Below the pieces are notes generated by a model that made no database searches, was not told where the DNA came from, and saw only the letters and a program-made list of their open reading frames with translations. From contig JAWMAR010000009.1 in the NCBI GenBank assembly GCA_036785375.1, forward strand, positions 3,968,001 through 4,032,000: a DNA stretch of 64,000 nucleotides. The letters are read 5' to 3'. This document shows, piece after piece, positions 12,131 to 24,216 of this stretch (positions are counted from its first letter, which is position 1; each line of letters opens with the position of its first letter). The position numbers and the translations under genes are program-made. Source of the DNA: Leucoraja ocellata. Its lineage: Eukaryota.

Positions 12131-12719
12131 CAAGGTTTCCCCCACTCCCCTCCGGTTTCCCTCTAGGTCTGTCCTATATAGTCATAGAATGGAAACAGGC
12201 CTTTCTGCCTAACTTGTCCATGCTGATCAAAGTGCCTTTCTGATCGTCCCATTTGTGTCCATTTGGCTCGCATACTTCTAAGTCTTTCCTATCCAAGTAT
12301 CCGAGTGACCCGCATGGGAGGCAATGGCTAGAAGCCTAGATCAGTCTTGGGCAGTCTAGATCAGCCTAGAACGGGCAATGCTCATAACAATTAGAGCGTG
12401 AACTGGACTTTGAAAATGATGCCAAAACATGGCACCGCCTGCATGCAGGATCAGTGGACGATTTCCGTCCACTTGCTAATTGAGGATGTGCTCGGGTGTA
12501 ACAATGCTCGACTGGACGGTTTGTGAGAAAATAATTTCACAGTGCGTTTGCACGTCGCACCTGTGACAATAAAGGCATCATTGAATCATTGAACATTGCA
12601 ATTGTACCTGCCTCTATCATTTCCTCTGGTAGCTCATTGCACATACCCATCACACTCCGGTCCCTCTAAATCTTTCCCATCTCTCCTTAAACTCCTGGTC
12701 GTTGAAGATAATGACACTC

Positions 12720-13012
12720 TGTTACCATTGTCTTTGAAGAAGTTCTCCTCCTCTCTCTGACGAGGGTTCTGCAACATCCTCTCTCGCTGCACCCCCTCTG
12801 TGTTTCCTCCTGCTCATTTGTTCTACATCACTCTATAATCACCATCTATATCTTTTCGTTTCCCTTTCCCCCGACTCTCAGTTAGAAGAAGGGTCTCGAC
12901 CAGAACTGTCACTTATTCCTTTTCTCCAGAGATGCTGCCTGACCCATTGAGTCACTCCAGGTTTTTGTGTCTATCTTCGGTTTAAACCAGCATCTGCCGT
13001 CCTTTCCTACAC
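12720..13012 (+). mobile_element. Penelope-related terminus / mini-element
   Basis: gactctcagttagaagaagggtctcgaccagaactgtcac...ccagcatctgccgtcctttcctacac. Confidence 0.7.
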
Positions 13013-13579
13013 GTCCTGTTGTACTGGTTGGCTATTGCAAAAACCCGCTGTGCTAAATTTTGACTGCTTAAAACTGAATTCACCTTCGGCTGGTTCAGTG
13101 CTTACTGCACAGCCTCTATCACATCAGTAACTTAGCAACCATATGCATTTTATTGCATCACAACCACAGCAGTACATTTCTCTGCAGTGTGGGGTTAGCA
13201 AATAGTGTTGGTCGCTTTCCAAAGATGTTGCATTTCTGTGATCTTGGACATATTTAAATACAGTTATCTTGGGCTGTGGTGAAACAATTATTTTTTAATT
13301 GAATTTTGTATTTGTCGGGCTAACATTCTCTGTGCTGGGGAATTATGTTCATCTTCTTTATATTATTAATTCTTCCAATGACAAGCACAGCATGAGCTTG
13401 CAGTCAAATCTCATCTTCATTACTGCATCCTACAGTCCTGTAAAAATAGAGCTAGAATACGAGGCAGGTTGCCTTTTTACATTAACGAACTTTAGGATCG
13501 GAAGCTGGAGCAAGCCATTTGTACCTTCACGTGCTCTCCTTCATTCAATAAGATTGTGGCTACACACACTTTATTTCAC

Positions 13580-14430
13580 ACCAGATCAACAGGGGTTGTG
13601 AATTTCTGGCTCTCCGCTCTGCACTGGACTACTTGGACGGTTAGAACACGCACATCAGGCTGTTGTTCATCAACTAAAGCTTGGTGTTCAACATAATGAC
13701 CACTTCCAAACCTGTTAACAAATTGGGGTCTCTACTCTTCCCTACGCAACTGGATCTTTGACCCCCCCTTGGACAGACCACAATCAGTATGGTTTGACAA
13801 CAACTCTTCCTCTTCGATAACCATTAGCACAGGCGTACCTCAGGTCTGTGCGTGCATTCCCCTGCTCAATTCACTCTATGCCGAAGATTGTGTGTTGAGA
13901 CACCGTTCCAATGCTATTTCTTAATTTGCCCACGTCACCACCGTTGTTAGAGCATAGGGGGGAAGTTCAGAAATCTGATGAAATGGTGCCAGCACAACAA
14001 TCTTACTCTCAATTTTAGGAAGACCAAGGGGTTGATTGTTACTTTAGAAGAGAAAGCCAAGGACCCATGGCTTTATCGACAGGATAGTGATGGAGAGGGT
14101 CAACAACTTCAAGTTTCTTGGCGTGCATTGTCTCTGTCCTGGCCCCAGCACAGTGGTGCAATCTTAAAAACGACACATCACTGCTTCTTTATCCGTAAAA
14201 GATTATGGAGATTCAATATGTCGCCTAATACTCTCTTGAACGTGTTGCATGGTAAAGACCATACTGATTGGTTAGGTTAGTTTATTATTGTCATGTGTAC
14301 CGAGGTAGAGTTAAAAACGTTTTGTTGCGTGCTATCAAGTTGTATCTCGGCCTGGTTCGGCGACTCAAATGTTCAGGAGCAAAGGAGATTACAGTTGTAG
14401 ATGCTGCCTGGTCCATCACAGGTACTGACC
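13580..14430 (+). mobile_element. Decayed Rex1/Babar LINE RT region
   Basis: Remnants of WIFD, GVPQG..., FA(D)(D)TT and WCQHNNLTLN..KTK, with stops and frameshifts. Confidence 0.75.
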
Positions 14431-14534
14431 TCACCAAAAGTATTGTTTAATAAAGCATTCTCTTTATCTTGAAAATCGTCAATCTGCTTTCAAGCTAATG
14501 AGAATGCTTTATTATAAACAAAACTTGCAAGGTC

Positions 14535-15075
14535 AAATAGAGTCACAGAGTCACACAGCACAGAAACAGGTCCTTCAGCCCAACTTGTCCATACTGGCCA
14601 AGATGCACAATCTATGCCAGTCCCAATTGCCCATATTTGGCCCACATCCTTCTTAACCTTTCCTGTCCATATATATACCTGTCCAAACGTTTTTTTAAAT
14701 GTTGTTATAATACCCACCTCACCTATCTCGTTTGGCAATTCATTCCATATACCCACCACCCTCTGTGGGGGAAAAGTTACCCCTCAGATTCCTCTCTTTC
14801 CCCTCTCACCTTAAACCTATGTCCTCTGGTTCTTGATTTCCCTAATCTGGGTAGACGTCACTGTGCATTTGTTTTATCTATTCCCCTCATGATCTTATAC
14901 ACCTCTATATGATCACCTCTCAGCCACCGCCGCTTCAAGGAACAATGTCCTAGCCTGACCTTGTTCACCCTATAGCTCAAGCCCTCAAGTCCTGGCAACA
15001 CCCTCGTAAATCTTCTCTGCACTCTTTCCAGCTTAATGACATCAATCCTATAGCAGGATGACAAAAACTGAACAC
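14535..15075 (-). mobile_element. CR1-type LINE 3' fragment
   Basis: ORF 14858..15115 LERVQRRFTRVLPGLEGLSY...RGDHIEVYKIMRG and ORF 14490..14759 VGIWNELP. Confidence 0.85.
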
Positions 15076-15222
15076 ATGTCCAACGCGTTGTATACCTGTC
15101 ACAACTTGAGGACAAGTGCTGGAGTAACTCAGCGCGTCAGGCAGCATCTGGAAATAGATAGATGATGTTTCGGATCGGGACACTTCTTAAGACATGGAAC
15201 TCTTCAGATTTATACATATGCA

Positions 15223-15530
15223 GGGCGGCACAGTGGTGCAGCGGTAGAGTTGCTGTCTTACAGCGTCAGAGACCCGGGTTCAATCTTGACTATGGGTGCT
15301 ATTTGTATGGAGTTTGTACTTTCTCCCTGACCATGTGGGTTTTTCTCCGGATGCTCCGGTTTCCTCCCACACGCCTAAGACGTGCAGTTTTGTAGGTTAA
15401 TTGGCTTCTGTAAATTGTAAATTGTCGCTAGTGTGTTGGATAGTGCTAGTGTACGGGGCGATCGCTGGTCGGTGTGCACTCAGTGGGCACAAAAGACTAG
15501 TTTCCACACTGGATCTCTGAAGTCTAGATA
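15223..15530 (+). mobile_element. HE1/V-SINE (tRNA-derived)
   Basis: A box tggtgcagcgg, B box ggttcaatc, V-domain tggagtttgtac...gctccggtttcctcccaca, CR1-derived tail. Confidence 0.9.
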
Positions 15531-17081
15531 GTAAAGGAATATAAATTCAGGATCACCAAACCCAGTAGGGGGCACTGTCCCCAAACTTAGAAAATCTCAG
15601 CAGGATTACTTTGGGCAAGGCAAACCTTATTTGAAACTGCAGAGCAATAAGTACTCAGTTCATTAACTACAAATTGTGAGAGGCTGTGCAGTTTTCTTAA
15701 CATACTGTGTATGATTGTGATAATCAAGATAAAAAAGCTACACTGTATGAAATTGGGGATTTGCTCGTCTATCAATGTCATCGCAGGTTAAATGTATCCT
15801 CCAGTTGCAGGTTGCCCAACAATGTTACAGAAACCATCAGAAATGTACTAAGTCTCATAGACTAATGCTATTTAAAGCACCAATTAAGCAAATAGTTCCA
15901 TACTTTTACCAGAATGTCTTCATAATTTATTTTTGTCATACTTTGAATATTCCCTGGCGATTCAACTAAGTAATCACTTAATGCATCGGAAAGAAGTATT
16001 TTGTGTCTGAGTTGCCCAACCATGGCATGGTACTTGGCTTACCTGCCCACACTAGCCAACATGTCCCATCTACACTAGTCCCACCTCCTTGCATTTGGTC
16101 CATATCCCTCTAATCCTGTCCTATCCATGTACCTGTTTATTTGGATGTTCTGGTGAAGGTTCTTTAACATAAAACATTTCTCTCTCCACAAATGCTGCCT
16201 GACCAGCTGAATGTTTCCTGTTTTTTTAATTCTTATTCCCGACATAACTGGGTCTGATCCTTGTTTGGGTCCAGACCCAGAGGATTATAGTTACCTTAAC
16301 TTTCATCTGAAGGGGCGCAGCAAACACTTAGTTGTACTAAAATATCATTAGAACTCTTCAGCCAGCACAATGAATTCAATACTTTGTCCAGTTGACTTTG
16401 TGAACTTCTTCCCATTAGTTTAAGGAATCTGTGCTCTAATTGGGAGAGTTGTTCCAAAAGCTTGGTCAGTCAAAGTTCTGGATATTAACTAGTAAGACAG
16501 ATGTATTTGGAGGTAATGCTACGATCAGGAGAGAATGGGCCTCAAAATCATTAATGTTGTCTCGTAATCACCTTAAGTCTTATGGCAGCAGATCAAAATT
16601 GGACCAGGTAGCCTCTGCTAATTGCGACCTATTAACCTCCCTCAGCTGTTCCATTTGCATCACTCCATATTGAACACCACGTGACAAAAACAAGGACATC
16701 TTCTTCATGATGGGGAGCTTCAAGAGATAGCGGCACCTCTGCTGACCAAGTTGGTCTGATCCAGGAGGTTAAACCAATTGGACTGCACTAACTGCAGAAG
16801 GTAAACCAATTTAAATTCATATTCACCTGATGTATTTGGTAGGAGTCTTCTCTGCCTGGTCTAGGTGGAGATAAAGCCTATTGTATGGCACTATCACCAT
16901 GTGAATTCAGGTGTGTGTTAGCTGTGTCTCTCAATATACATAGTGGGTAGTCAGAGGTAGCAAACCTTTATCTCAGCCTGGCATAACCCACATCTACCAC
17001 AACCATTAGAGCATTCCATTTGGAATGTACAAAAGCAACACCAGACCTACCTACAAGCACGGTGCCAATTTAATGAAGTTA

Positions 17082-17608
17082 AGGGCCTGTCCCACGAGCA
17101 TGCGACAAGCGCGACCAAACCGGAAGCGGGGGCGGCGCGGAGGTCGAGTGATCCCCGTACAGGGCCTGTCCCACCAGCATGCAACTGCATGCTGCGAGCG
17201 CGACCAAAGCGGGGGCCGCGCGAAGGTCGAGTGATCCCGTACTAGTTGATGTGAAGTTCGAGCGAAGTCCGCAGGAAGTTCGCGTGTGACGTATGGCATC
17301 AAGACGCTGCGTACGGCGTCAAGACGCTGCGTACGGCGTCAAGACGCTGCGTACGGCATCGAAACGCTGCGCAGGCCCGTCGAGGCGGTGCGTACGGCCT
17401 CAATGCAGCTGCGGGCTGGCAGGCCGTTGCCACGCGGAATCTTTGGACAGTGTCAGTTTTTCGGAGCCCCGCGCGATGTCGGGACCAGCTCCGCACAACT
17501 CCATACGGCTCCGACGATCGTAGTGGGAGCGGCCCCGCGAGGCCGTATGGCTCAAGCGACCACGTTAGGTCGCACTTGCCGCATGCGACTGCTCGTGGGA
17601 CAGGCCCT
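17082..17608. mobile_element. PIF/Harbinger-type MITE
   Basis: TIR agggcctgtcccacgagca / tgctcgtgggacaggccct. 3-bp TSD TTA (17079-81, 17609-11). Internal 20-bp tandem repeat 17291-17370. Confidence 0.85.
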
Positions 17609-18159
17609 TTACAGCCGGTTTTGCACAGTGGTGGATAATGGAGCAGGCTTCAGAAGAAGGAGCCTCTTGTCAACACTATCCTCAACACTGGCAAGGCCAT
17701 TGAGTGAGTGCCCAGCATCAATGCTCAGTCTCAGCACAGTCAATGCATTTCAAGTGATATCCAGAAATGAGTGATTGCCTTGGAAAATGGCAAAGTCAAT
17801 AGATCAAAACAATATGCCGACAGCCATGCTGGAGATAATTGTTCCAAGATTACTTGCACCTCGAACCAAGTTGCTGTCGTAGACACATCCACCCGAGGTT
17901 ACCACCACCCAACTTATATTTGGCTAATACATGCAAACAAGCTTTTGGGAGATGGTCAGAATGGATATGTCGGTTGCAGGCATCTTCTGGCATGTGGGAA
18001 ATCGGTTCATTGACAATATCATTGCATCTTGCAGTGAAATCTGAATGGTTGAATTAAACGCCCTGCTTTAACTACACATTGCTCGTGGCTGGCCTATGTT
18101 TATATTTAGAGATATTGTTGGGCAGCTACATTTCCAGCTAGCAAACTCTTTGTTTTTTT

Positions 18160-18556
18160 AATTTAGAGATACAGCACGGAAACTGGCCCTTTGGTCCACC
18201 GAGTCCACACTGACCGTAACCACCCATTTACACTAATCCTACAATGATCTATTCCAACTTTACTTTAGAGATACAGCATGGAAACAGGCCCTTCAACCCA
18301 GCGAGGCTGCGCCGATCAGCGTTCATCCCGTACACTATCACTATCCTACACACTAGGGACAATTTACAACATAGAAACTAATTAACCTACAAACCTGTAC
18401 GTCTTTGTAATGTGGGAGGAAACCGGAGCACCTGGATAAAACCCACGCCATCACAGGGAGAATGTACAAACTCCTTACAAATAGCACCCGTAGTATGGAT
18501 TGAACCGAGGTCTCTAGTGCTGTAATGCAGCAACCACTGTGCTACTGTGCTGCCCT
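18160..18556 (-). mobile_element. HE1/V-SINE copies (one partial, one near-full)
   Basis: tttagagatacagca.ggaaacaggccc tail twice, V-domain tgtgggaggaaaccggagcacc, head ...gtgctgccc. Confidence 0.85.
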
Positions 18557-18589
18557 TTTATAATACCAAATTTTATTTGGTATTATAAA

Positions 18590-20135
18590 ACACATAGAAT
18601 CCATAAACGATATCTATGTAAACCCAAAGAAATTGGTAGACTGGCTCTCCCCAATTTTTTATACTAATATTGGGCAACGAATATTAAAAATGTAATCTAT
18701 TGGTTGGACAACACAAGCCAACAGGTAAAATGGTTAATAATGGAGAGAGAGGATTGCTCGCCTTTTAATATAGGCACGATTCTTCTCTCTCCAATAAATT
18801 TGAAGAAAACTATGTGAGAAAAATCCGATTATCCACAGTACCTTATGAATCTGGAGACAAGTGAAGTCAACCCTTAAACTGAGAAATTTATCTCTTCTCT
18901 CACCAATTGCCAACAATCCTTCGTTCAAGCCATCTATTCTAGACAAAACGTTCACACATTGGGAAAGATTAGGAATCAAAAAACTCGGAGATCTTTATGA
19001 GATGGGAACTCTTCTCGCATTTCAAGAATTACAGTCGAAATATCACCTGAAATGTAGTCAATATTTTACCTTCAAATTCGAGACTATCTGAAATCATATA
19101 CCCAAGACTACCAATCTTTGTTGCCAGACATACTAGACGAATGTATGAATAGAAACTCGGAGTCAAACAAGTTAATATCATATCTGTATAACACCCTTTT
19201 AAATATAGAAATACCATCTTCAGAAGTAATTAGAAGAGCTTGGGAAGATGGACTTGGCCTAAAAATTCTATAAGACAGATGGGAGGAAAACCTTCTCTAT
19301 ATACACAATTGTTCGATTAACGTTAGGCATTCGTTAATTCAATTTAAAATACTGCACAGACTATATTATTCAAAGTCTAAACTGAATAAGATCTTTCCAA
19401 ATGTATCTCCTATTTGTCTCTTGTATAACGATACATAATTTCTGGAGAGGAATTTTTGAATTTTTTTCAAAAACACTAAAAATAAAATTGGATCCCGAAA
19501 CGGAATTAATTATTCTAGGTATGTCAGAAGCCTGCTCTGAGCTATCATTATTTCAAAGACGTTTCCTGAATTATGGCCTGATAACGGCGAAGAAATGAAT
19601 ACTCAAATTTTGGAAACATACATCAATCCCTACTCTTAAGATGTGGATTATAAACATGTCCGAGACACTACATGTTGAAAATATTAGACTTGTCTTGGCA
19701 GAAAAACCAGATAATTTTTCGAAGACATGGACACCATTCATTGATTTATTGCAAGGATAATATGGTACAACACAACTTTGGATTTAAATCTAATTACGGG
19801 TTGGGTGAGGTGGGTGGGGAGGGATGTGAGGCAGGTATATCACCACTTTTTTCTTTCTTTCTCTTTTTGTCCTTTTTAAAATTTTTTTTAATTTTTTCTA
19901 TTCCTCTCTTCTTTCTTTCATTTATTCACCCTTTGGCTACACCACTTTGGTAGTCAAGGGGTTCTATCTTTGCACATCTCACTTTTTCTCTTTCTTGCTT
20001 TTTCTCCTTTCTTTTCTTCCAACCATAGCTAAAAAGTTAAAATTGAAGCTGTACAATAACTGTATAATTTTATATGCCGTTGGTTCTATTTTTGGAAAAT
20101 TTGCTTCTAACAAATAAAAATATTTAAAAAAACCC
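18590..20135 (+). mobile_element. L1-clade LINE, ORF2 C-terminal region plus 3' UTR
   Basis: PNFLYY.W, NPIIHSTL.IWRQ, SPIANNPSFKPS...WERLGIK...DLY, LIQFKILHRLYY, LNYGLITAKK. T-rich 3' UTR, aataaa and A-rich tail. Disrupted. Confidence 0.85.
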
Positions 20136-20145
20136 CCAAAAAACC

Positions 20146-20318
20146 CATAGAAACATAGAAAATAGGTGCAGGAGTAAGCCATTCAGCCCTGTGAGACAGC
20201 ACCGCTATTCAATATGATCGTGGCTGATCATCCAAAATCAGTACCCCGTTCCTGCATTTTCCCCATATCCCTTGATTCTCTTAGCCCAAAGAACTAAATT
20301 TTACTCTCTCTTGAAAAC
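20146..20318 (-). mobile_element. CR1/HER1 3' end
   Basis: catagaaacatagaaaataggtgcaggagta... Confidence 0.85.
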
Positions 20319-20610
20319 TAACTGACATTGAACTGTAGCCAGCAGGTGATCTGAATGAAAGGTCTTACTCAAGTTTGCAGACAATGCAAGGTCTTCTTCA
20401 CCTATCCTATCTGTAATGTGTTGAATACTTGTGCTGGAACTTGTAACCCATCTCTCTGAGCAGGCCTGAAATCTTTGCATGGTTGTTAACTGAACATCAT
20501 TGGATCGGTATTATTGATTACATTTGGAAATGTTTACGTAAATTGGTTGCCTTTCAAACTAATTCAAATGTGCAATCTTGGTTTAAAAATGGTATGAAAT
20601 GTAACCAAGT

Positions 20611-20921
20611 AGGGCGGCAAGCTGGCGCAGCGGTAAAGTTACTGCCTTACAACGCTTGCAGCGCCAGAGACCCGGGTTCGATCCTGACTACAGTGTTTGT
20701 ACGTTCTCCCTGTGACCGCATGGGATTTCTCCAAGATCTTTGGTTTCCTCCTACACTCCAAAGATGTACAGGTATATAGGTTAATTGGCATGGTGTATGT
20801 GTAAATCGTCCCTTGTGTGTGTAGAAGAGTGTTAATGTGCGGGGTGATCACTGGTCGCCGTGGACTCGGTGGGCCGAAGGGCTAGTTTCCGCGTTGTATC
20901 TCTAAACTAAACTAAACTAAA
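20611..20921 (+). mobile_element. HE1/V-SINE
   Basis: tggcgcagcgg A box, ggttcgatcc B box, V-domain, tail (ctaaa)n. Confidence 0.9.
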
Positions 20922-21174
20922 AGCATATAACGAGCAAACATAACCTGCATTTGTATGGGTTTCTCATCAATTACATTTACCAAGATTCTTTCATAAAGCA
21001 TTATTGACACTTTTTGTACATAACTGTAGGAATTTTTAAATTCTTGTTATGCGGAGAGTCAGAGTGTGCTACCGTGGTCATTTTCTGCTCTCATCTATAA
21101 AATTCACTGTCCTTATGTAATGGTCACCTTAAAATTTAGAAATACTCCCTCGGGGAAATCCATTTATCAAATTG

Positions 21175-21710
21175 CACAACATAGAAACTGACCATTCGAA
21201 CCACGTGTCTAAACTGATCAAGATGGCATATTGGGCCAGTCTCATTTGCGTGCTATATCCCTGCAAACGTTTCTTATCCATATATTGTCCAAAAGTCTTT
21301 GAAAAGTCGTCTTCTTCTGCAGCTTTTTCTGGCAGCTCAATCCAGGTACGACCATCCTCTGAGTGAAACAGTTGCCCTGAGGTCCCTCTTAAATCTTTCC
21401 TCTCTCACCTTAAGCCAATGCTGTTTAACTTTAGAATCCTCTACTGTGGGAAAAAGATTGTGAGCATTCACTTTACCCATGCACCTCGTGATCTTGTACA
21501 CCTCAATAGGGTTGTCCCTCAGCCTCCTGTGCTCCAAAGAAAAAAGTCCCAATCTATCCAAACTCTCCCGATAACTCAAGCTAACATCCCAGACCACCTC
21601 CTGGTGAATCTCTTTTCCAATTTAATCACCACTTTTTTGTAGCTGAGCGATCAGAATTGTACACAATACACAAAGTGTGGTCTCACCAACGCCTTGTACA
21701 GCTGCACCAC
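21175..21710 (-). mobile_element. CR1-type LINE fragment
   Basis: ORF 21337..21597 LSYRESLDRLGLFSLEHRRLR..IEVYKI. Confidence 0.8.
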
Positions 21711-22261
21711 AATGTCCTATTTCCTTGGCTCCAACACACCTATTGCAGTATCCACGTTACAGGATATTCTCCATTCCTTAAACTTCATTCCCTTAATTTC
21801 ATTGTGAACCATTATAAAATGGGTATGAAGTACAAGAGCACCACTACTTAATATTTCTTTCCTTGATGCACATACATTTCATAAAAGCAGCAAAAAAATC
21901 AGATATCTGTCCATTTTTATTCATATCCTGGAGCTATCATATATTTGTCAATTTCCAACCACAGAAAAATTGAGCTTAATAAACAGCAAGCTCCAGCATT
22001 TTTCTTAATCAATATAATCTTCAATTGATGAATTATATTTAATTTAGATTCTATGTTCCCTGCACTTTCCTACTGCCAGGAAAATTTACAGTTTCTATTT
22101 ATATCCTTCAATGATAAATAGATGACTTGTGGAGGTTCACAGTGCCATCTGATCAGAAATCTGATAGCTTTACTTTAGTTTTGTTTAGTTTAGAGATACA
22201 GTGCGGAAACAGGCCCCTCGGCCCACCGAGTCCGCAACGACCAGCGATCCCTGCACATTAA

Positions 22262-22695
22262 AGGGCCTGTCCCACTTGGCCGTCATTTGCGCACCATTTA
22301 AGCGACCTCCAAAAATGTGGTTGTCTACATTTATCCTGCGCTACCCACATGGGTATGGAGGAGTGTGGAGTTGCGCACGGTATCGCGCGACGCTCCAGGA
22401 TTTTGTGTTGCACAAAATCCTCGCGCGCCACCTGCGTAACGTATCGCGTATGCACGCTGACGCGTTGGGTACGCATGCTGACACATTGGCGTTGCACGCT
22501 GGCGTCCTGACGTCTCACGTCACCGTGCATAACCACGTGCTGCCGTGTGCCGCAGGGTATTCTAATGACGTCACGTGCACCAGACTGCATGATGACGTGT
22601 GATTTGCGCGCGATGTCGCGCGTAACGACGTGTTGGCCTAATTTACATATGACGCGTAAATGAGGCACAAATGACGGCCAAGTGGGACAGGCCCT
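22262..22695. mobile_element. PIF/Harbinger-type MITE (second subfamily)
   Basis: About 45-bp TIR agggcctgtcccacttggccgtcatttg.... TSD TAA (22259-61, 22696-98). Very CpG-rich. Confidence 0.9.
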
Positions 22696-22754
22696 TAACC
22701 CTATCCCACCTACGCGAGGGACAATTTACATTTAAACCAAGACAATTAACCTAA

Positions 22755-22964
22755 AATACAAAAAGCTGAAGTAACTCAGCGGGACAGGCAGCATCTCTCG
22801 AGGGAAGGAATGGATGATGTTTCGGGTCGAGACCCTTCTTCAGTCTGACACATTCCAAACATCACCCATTCCTTCTCTCCAGAGATGCTGCCTGTCCCGC
22901 TGAGTTACTCCAGCTTTTTGTGTCTATCTTTAGTTTAAACCAGCATCTGCAGGTCCATCTTACA
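22755..22964. mobile_element. Palindromic Penelope-related mini-element
   Basis: Inverted arms. The minus strand reads CTGAAGAagggtctcgacccGAAACatc at about 22816-22843. Flanked by aattaac direct repeats. Confidence 0.8.
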
Positions 22965-23255
22965 TAATTAACATACAAACCTGTATATGTTTGGAGTGTG
23001 GGAGGAAACCGAAGATCTCAGAAAAAAACCCACGCGGTTACGGGGAGAACATACAAACTCCGTACAGACAACACCCATAGTCAGGATCGAACCCAGGTCT
23101 CTGGCACTGCAAGTGCTGTAAGGCAGCAACTCTACTGCTGCACCACCGTGCCACCCATGTGCCCTGCCCTACCATGTTTCTCCAAAGTTGCTTCCTTATA
23201 TCTTTACCTCGTTCAAAAAGCATTCATTATATTTCCTCCACCTATTGCCAGGAAG

Positions 23256-23850
23256 CTTCTCCATGGATTGTCACCTTGTCCTGGTGGAGAAGCTTGTGTG
23301 GTCCTGAGATCCTGAAAGCAATGCTGTCTGGAGCTATGCACCTGGTAGGGCCACCCTTGGCGGTAAGGTCGAGGGGGGGAGGACTCTGACAAAGAGCAAT
23401 CCAACCAAGACCTCAACTGTGGAACAGGCAGAAGATGATGGCTGACCTTAGTGGAGCGTCACAACAGCTGGGAAGGCGGATGAAGGCTGCAGCAGAAAAG
23501 GGCCTCCGGTCGTCTTGGACTCCATGCTGTGGTATTATGCAATAATAGTATAAGGCTGGGCAGACGGGCACTAGGACCCTGTGTGACAGAAGCCAGGCTC
23601 CAGTAACTGGATGTGACTGGAACCCTGGGGTGTGGGCAGTTAGGGAGTTGCCTGGGCTTGCACACGAGGTTGCTGCTGTTGTACAGAGTTGTTAAATAAA
23701 GATATACTCTGTTTACGTCGTGGTACGAGCCTTATTACAAGCATAACTCGACACATGCCACTGGATCCTGACCCAGATCTGCCAAGGACCGTGTGGTGGC
23801 TGTCTGTGCACCAGTCTCCCCACGTTAAGCAACGTCACGCTCTGGCGTCC
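23256..23850 (+). mobile_element. RTE-clade (Expander/Rex3/BovB-like) 5' region, interrupted by a solo LTR
   Basis: ttgtcaccttgtcctggtggagaagcttgtgtggtcctgagatcctg...ctggtagggccacccttggcggtaaggtc...gacaaagag resembles the conserved 5' UTR of vertebrate RTE elements (recalled, not searched). Confidence 0.6.
23528..23753 (+). mobile_element. Solo LTR (226 bp)
   Basis: TG...CA ends with imperfect 13-bp inverted termini (tgtggtattatgc / gcataactcgaca). Perfect 5-bp TSD catgc (23523-27, 23754-58). AATAAA at 23695. Confidence 0.85.
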
Positions 23851-24216
23851 TCCAACCCTGGAGACACCCATGGTCAGCCATCACCAAAGGGGGGCCTAAA
23901 AAGTCGGGAAGAATTACGGTAATTTTCGGTATCTTTCATGATATGCGGTGTCTTTTAATGAGCCACACCGCCAATTGTGCTGAAGATGAGCCAGGTCCGT
24001 ATTCAGCAAGAGAACACACTCAGAGGAGACCTGCTGATGGAATCTCTCTGAACTCAAGATATTTAGTTTTTTTTACTCTTTCAGCACCACAATAAAGGTG
24101 ATTAGGCGATTGAGGCATAAATAGGGCAAACAGTCAGAACCTTTTTCACAATGTCCACAAATATCAAAGATTAGTGGACATTGGTTGAAGGTGACAAGGG
24201 AACAATTTAAAGGAGA

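Larger units (their letters stand above)
22175..23155 (-). mobile_element. HE1/V-SINE interrupted by a Harbinger MITE and a palindromic mini-element
   Basis: Tail at about 22175-22258, body resumes at 22699 and 22965, head ...caccgtgccaccc at about 23155. Confidence 0.8.

Noticed and set aside
15223-15295. tRNA gene
   Set aside because: A/B boxes are present but run straight into the V-SINE core, so this is a SINE head. The same applies at 20611, 48760 and 53590.
17291-17370. 20-bp direct repeats as a CRISPR array
   Set aside because: The units are contiguous with no spacers, lie inside a TIR/TSD-bounded MITE, and the DNA is eukaryotic.
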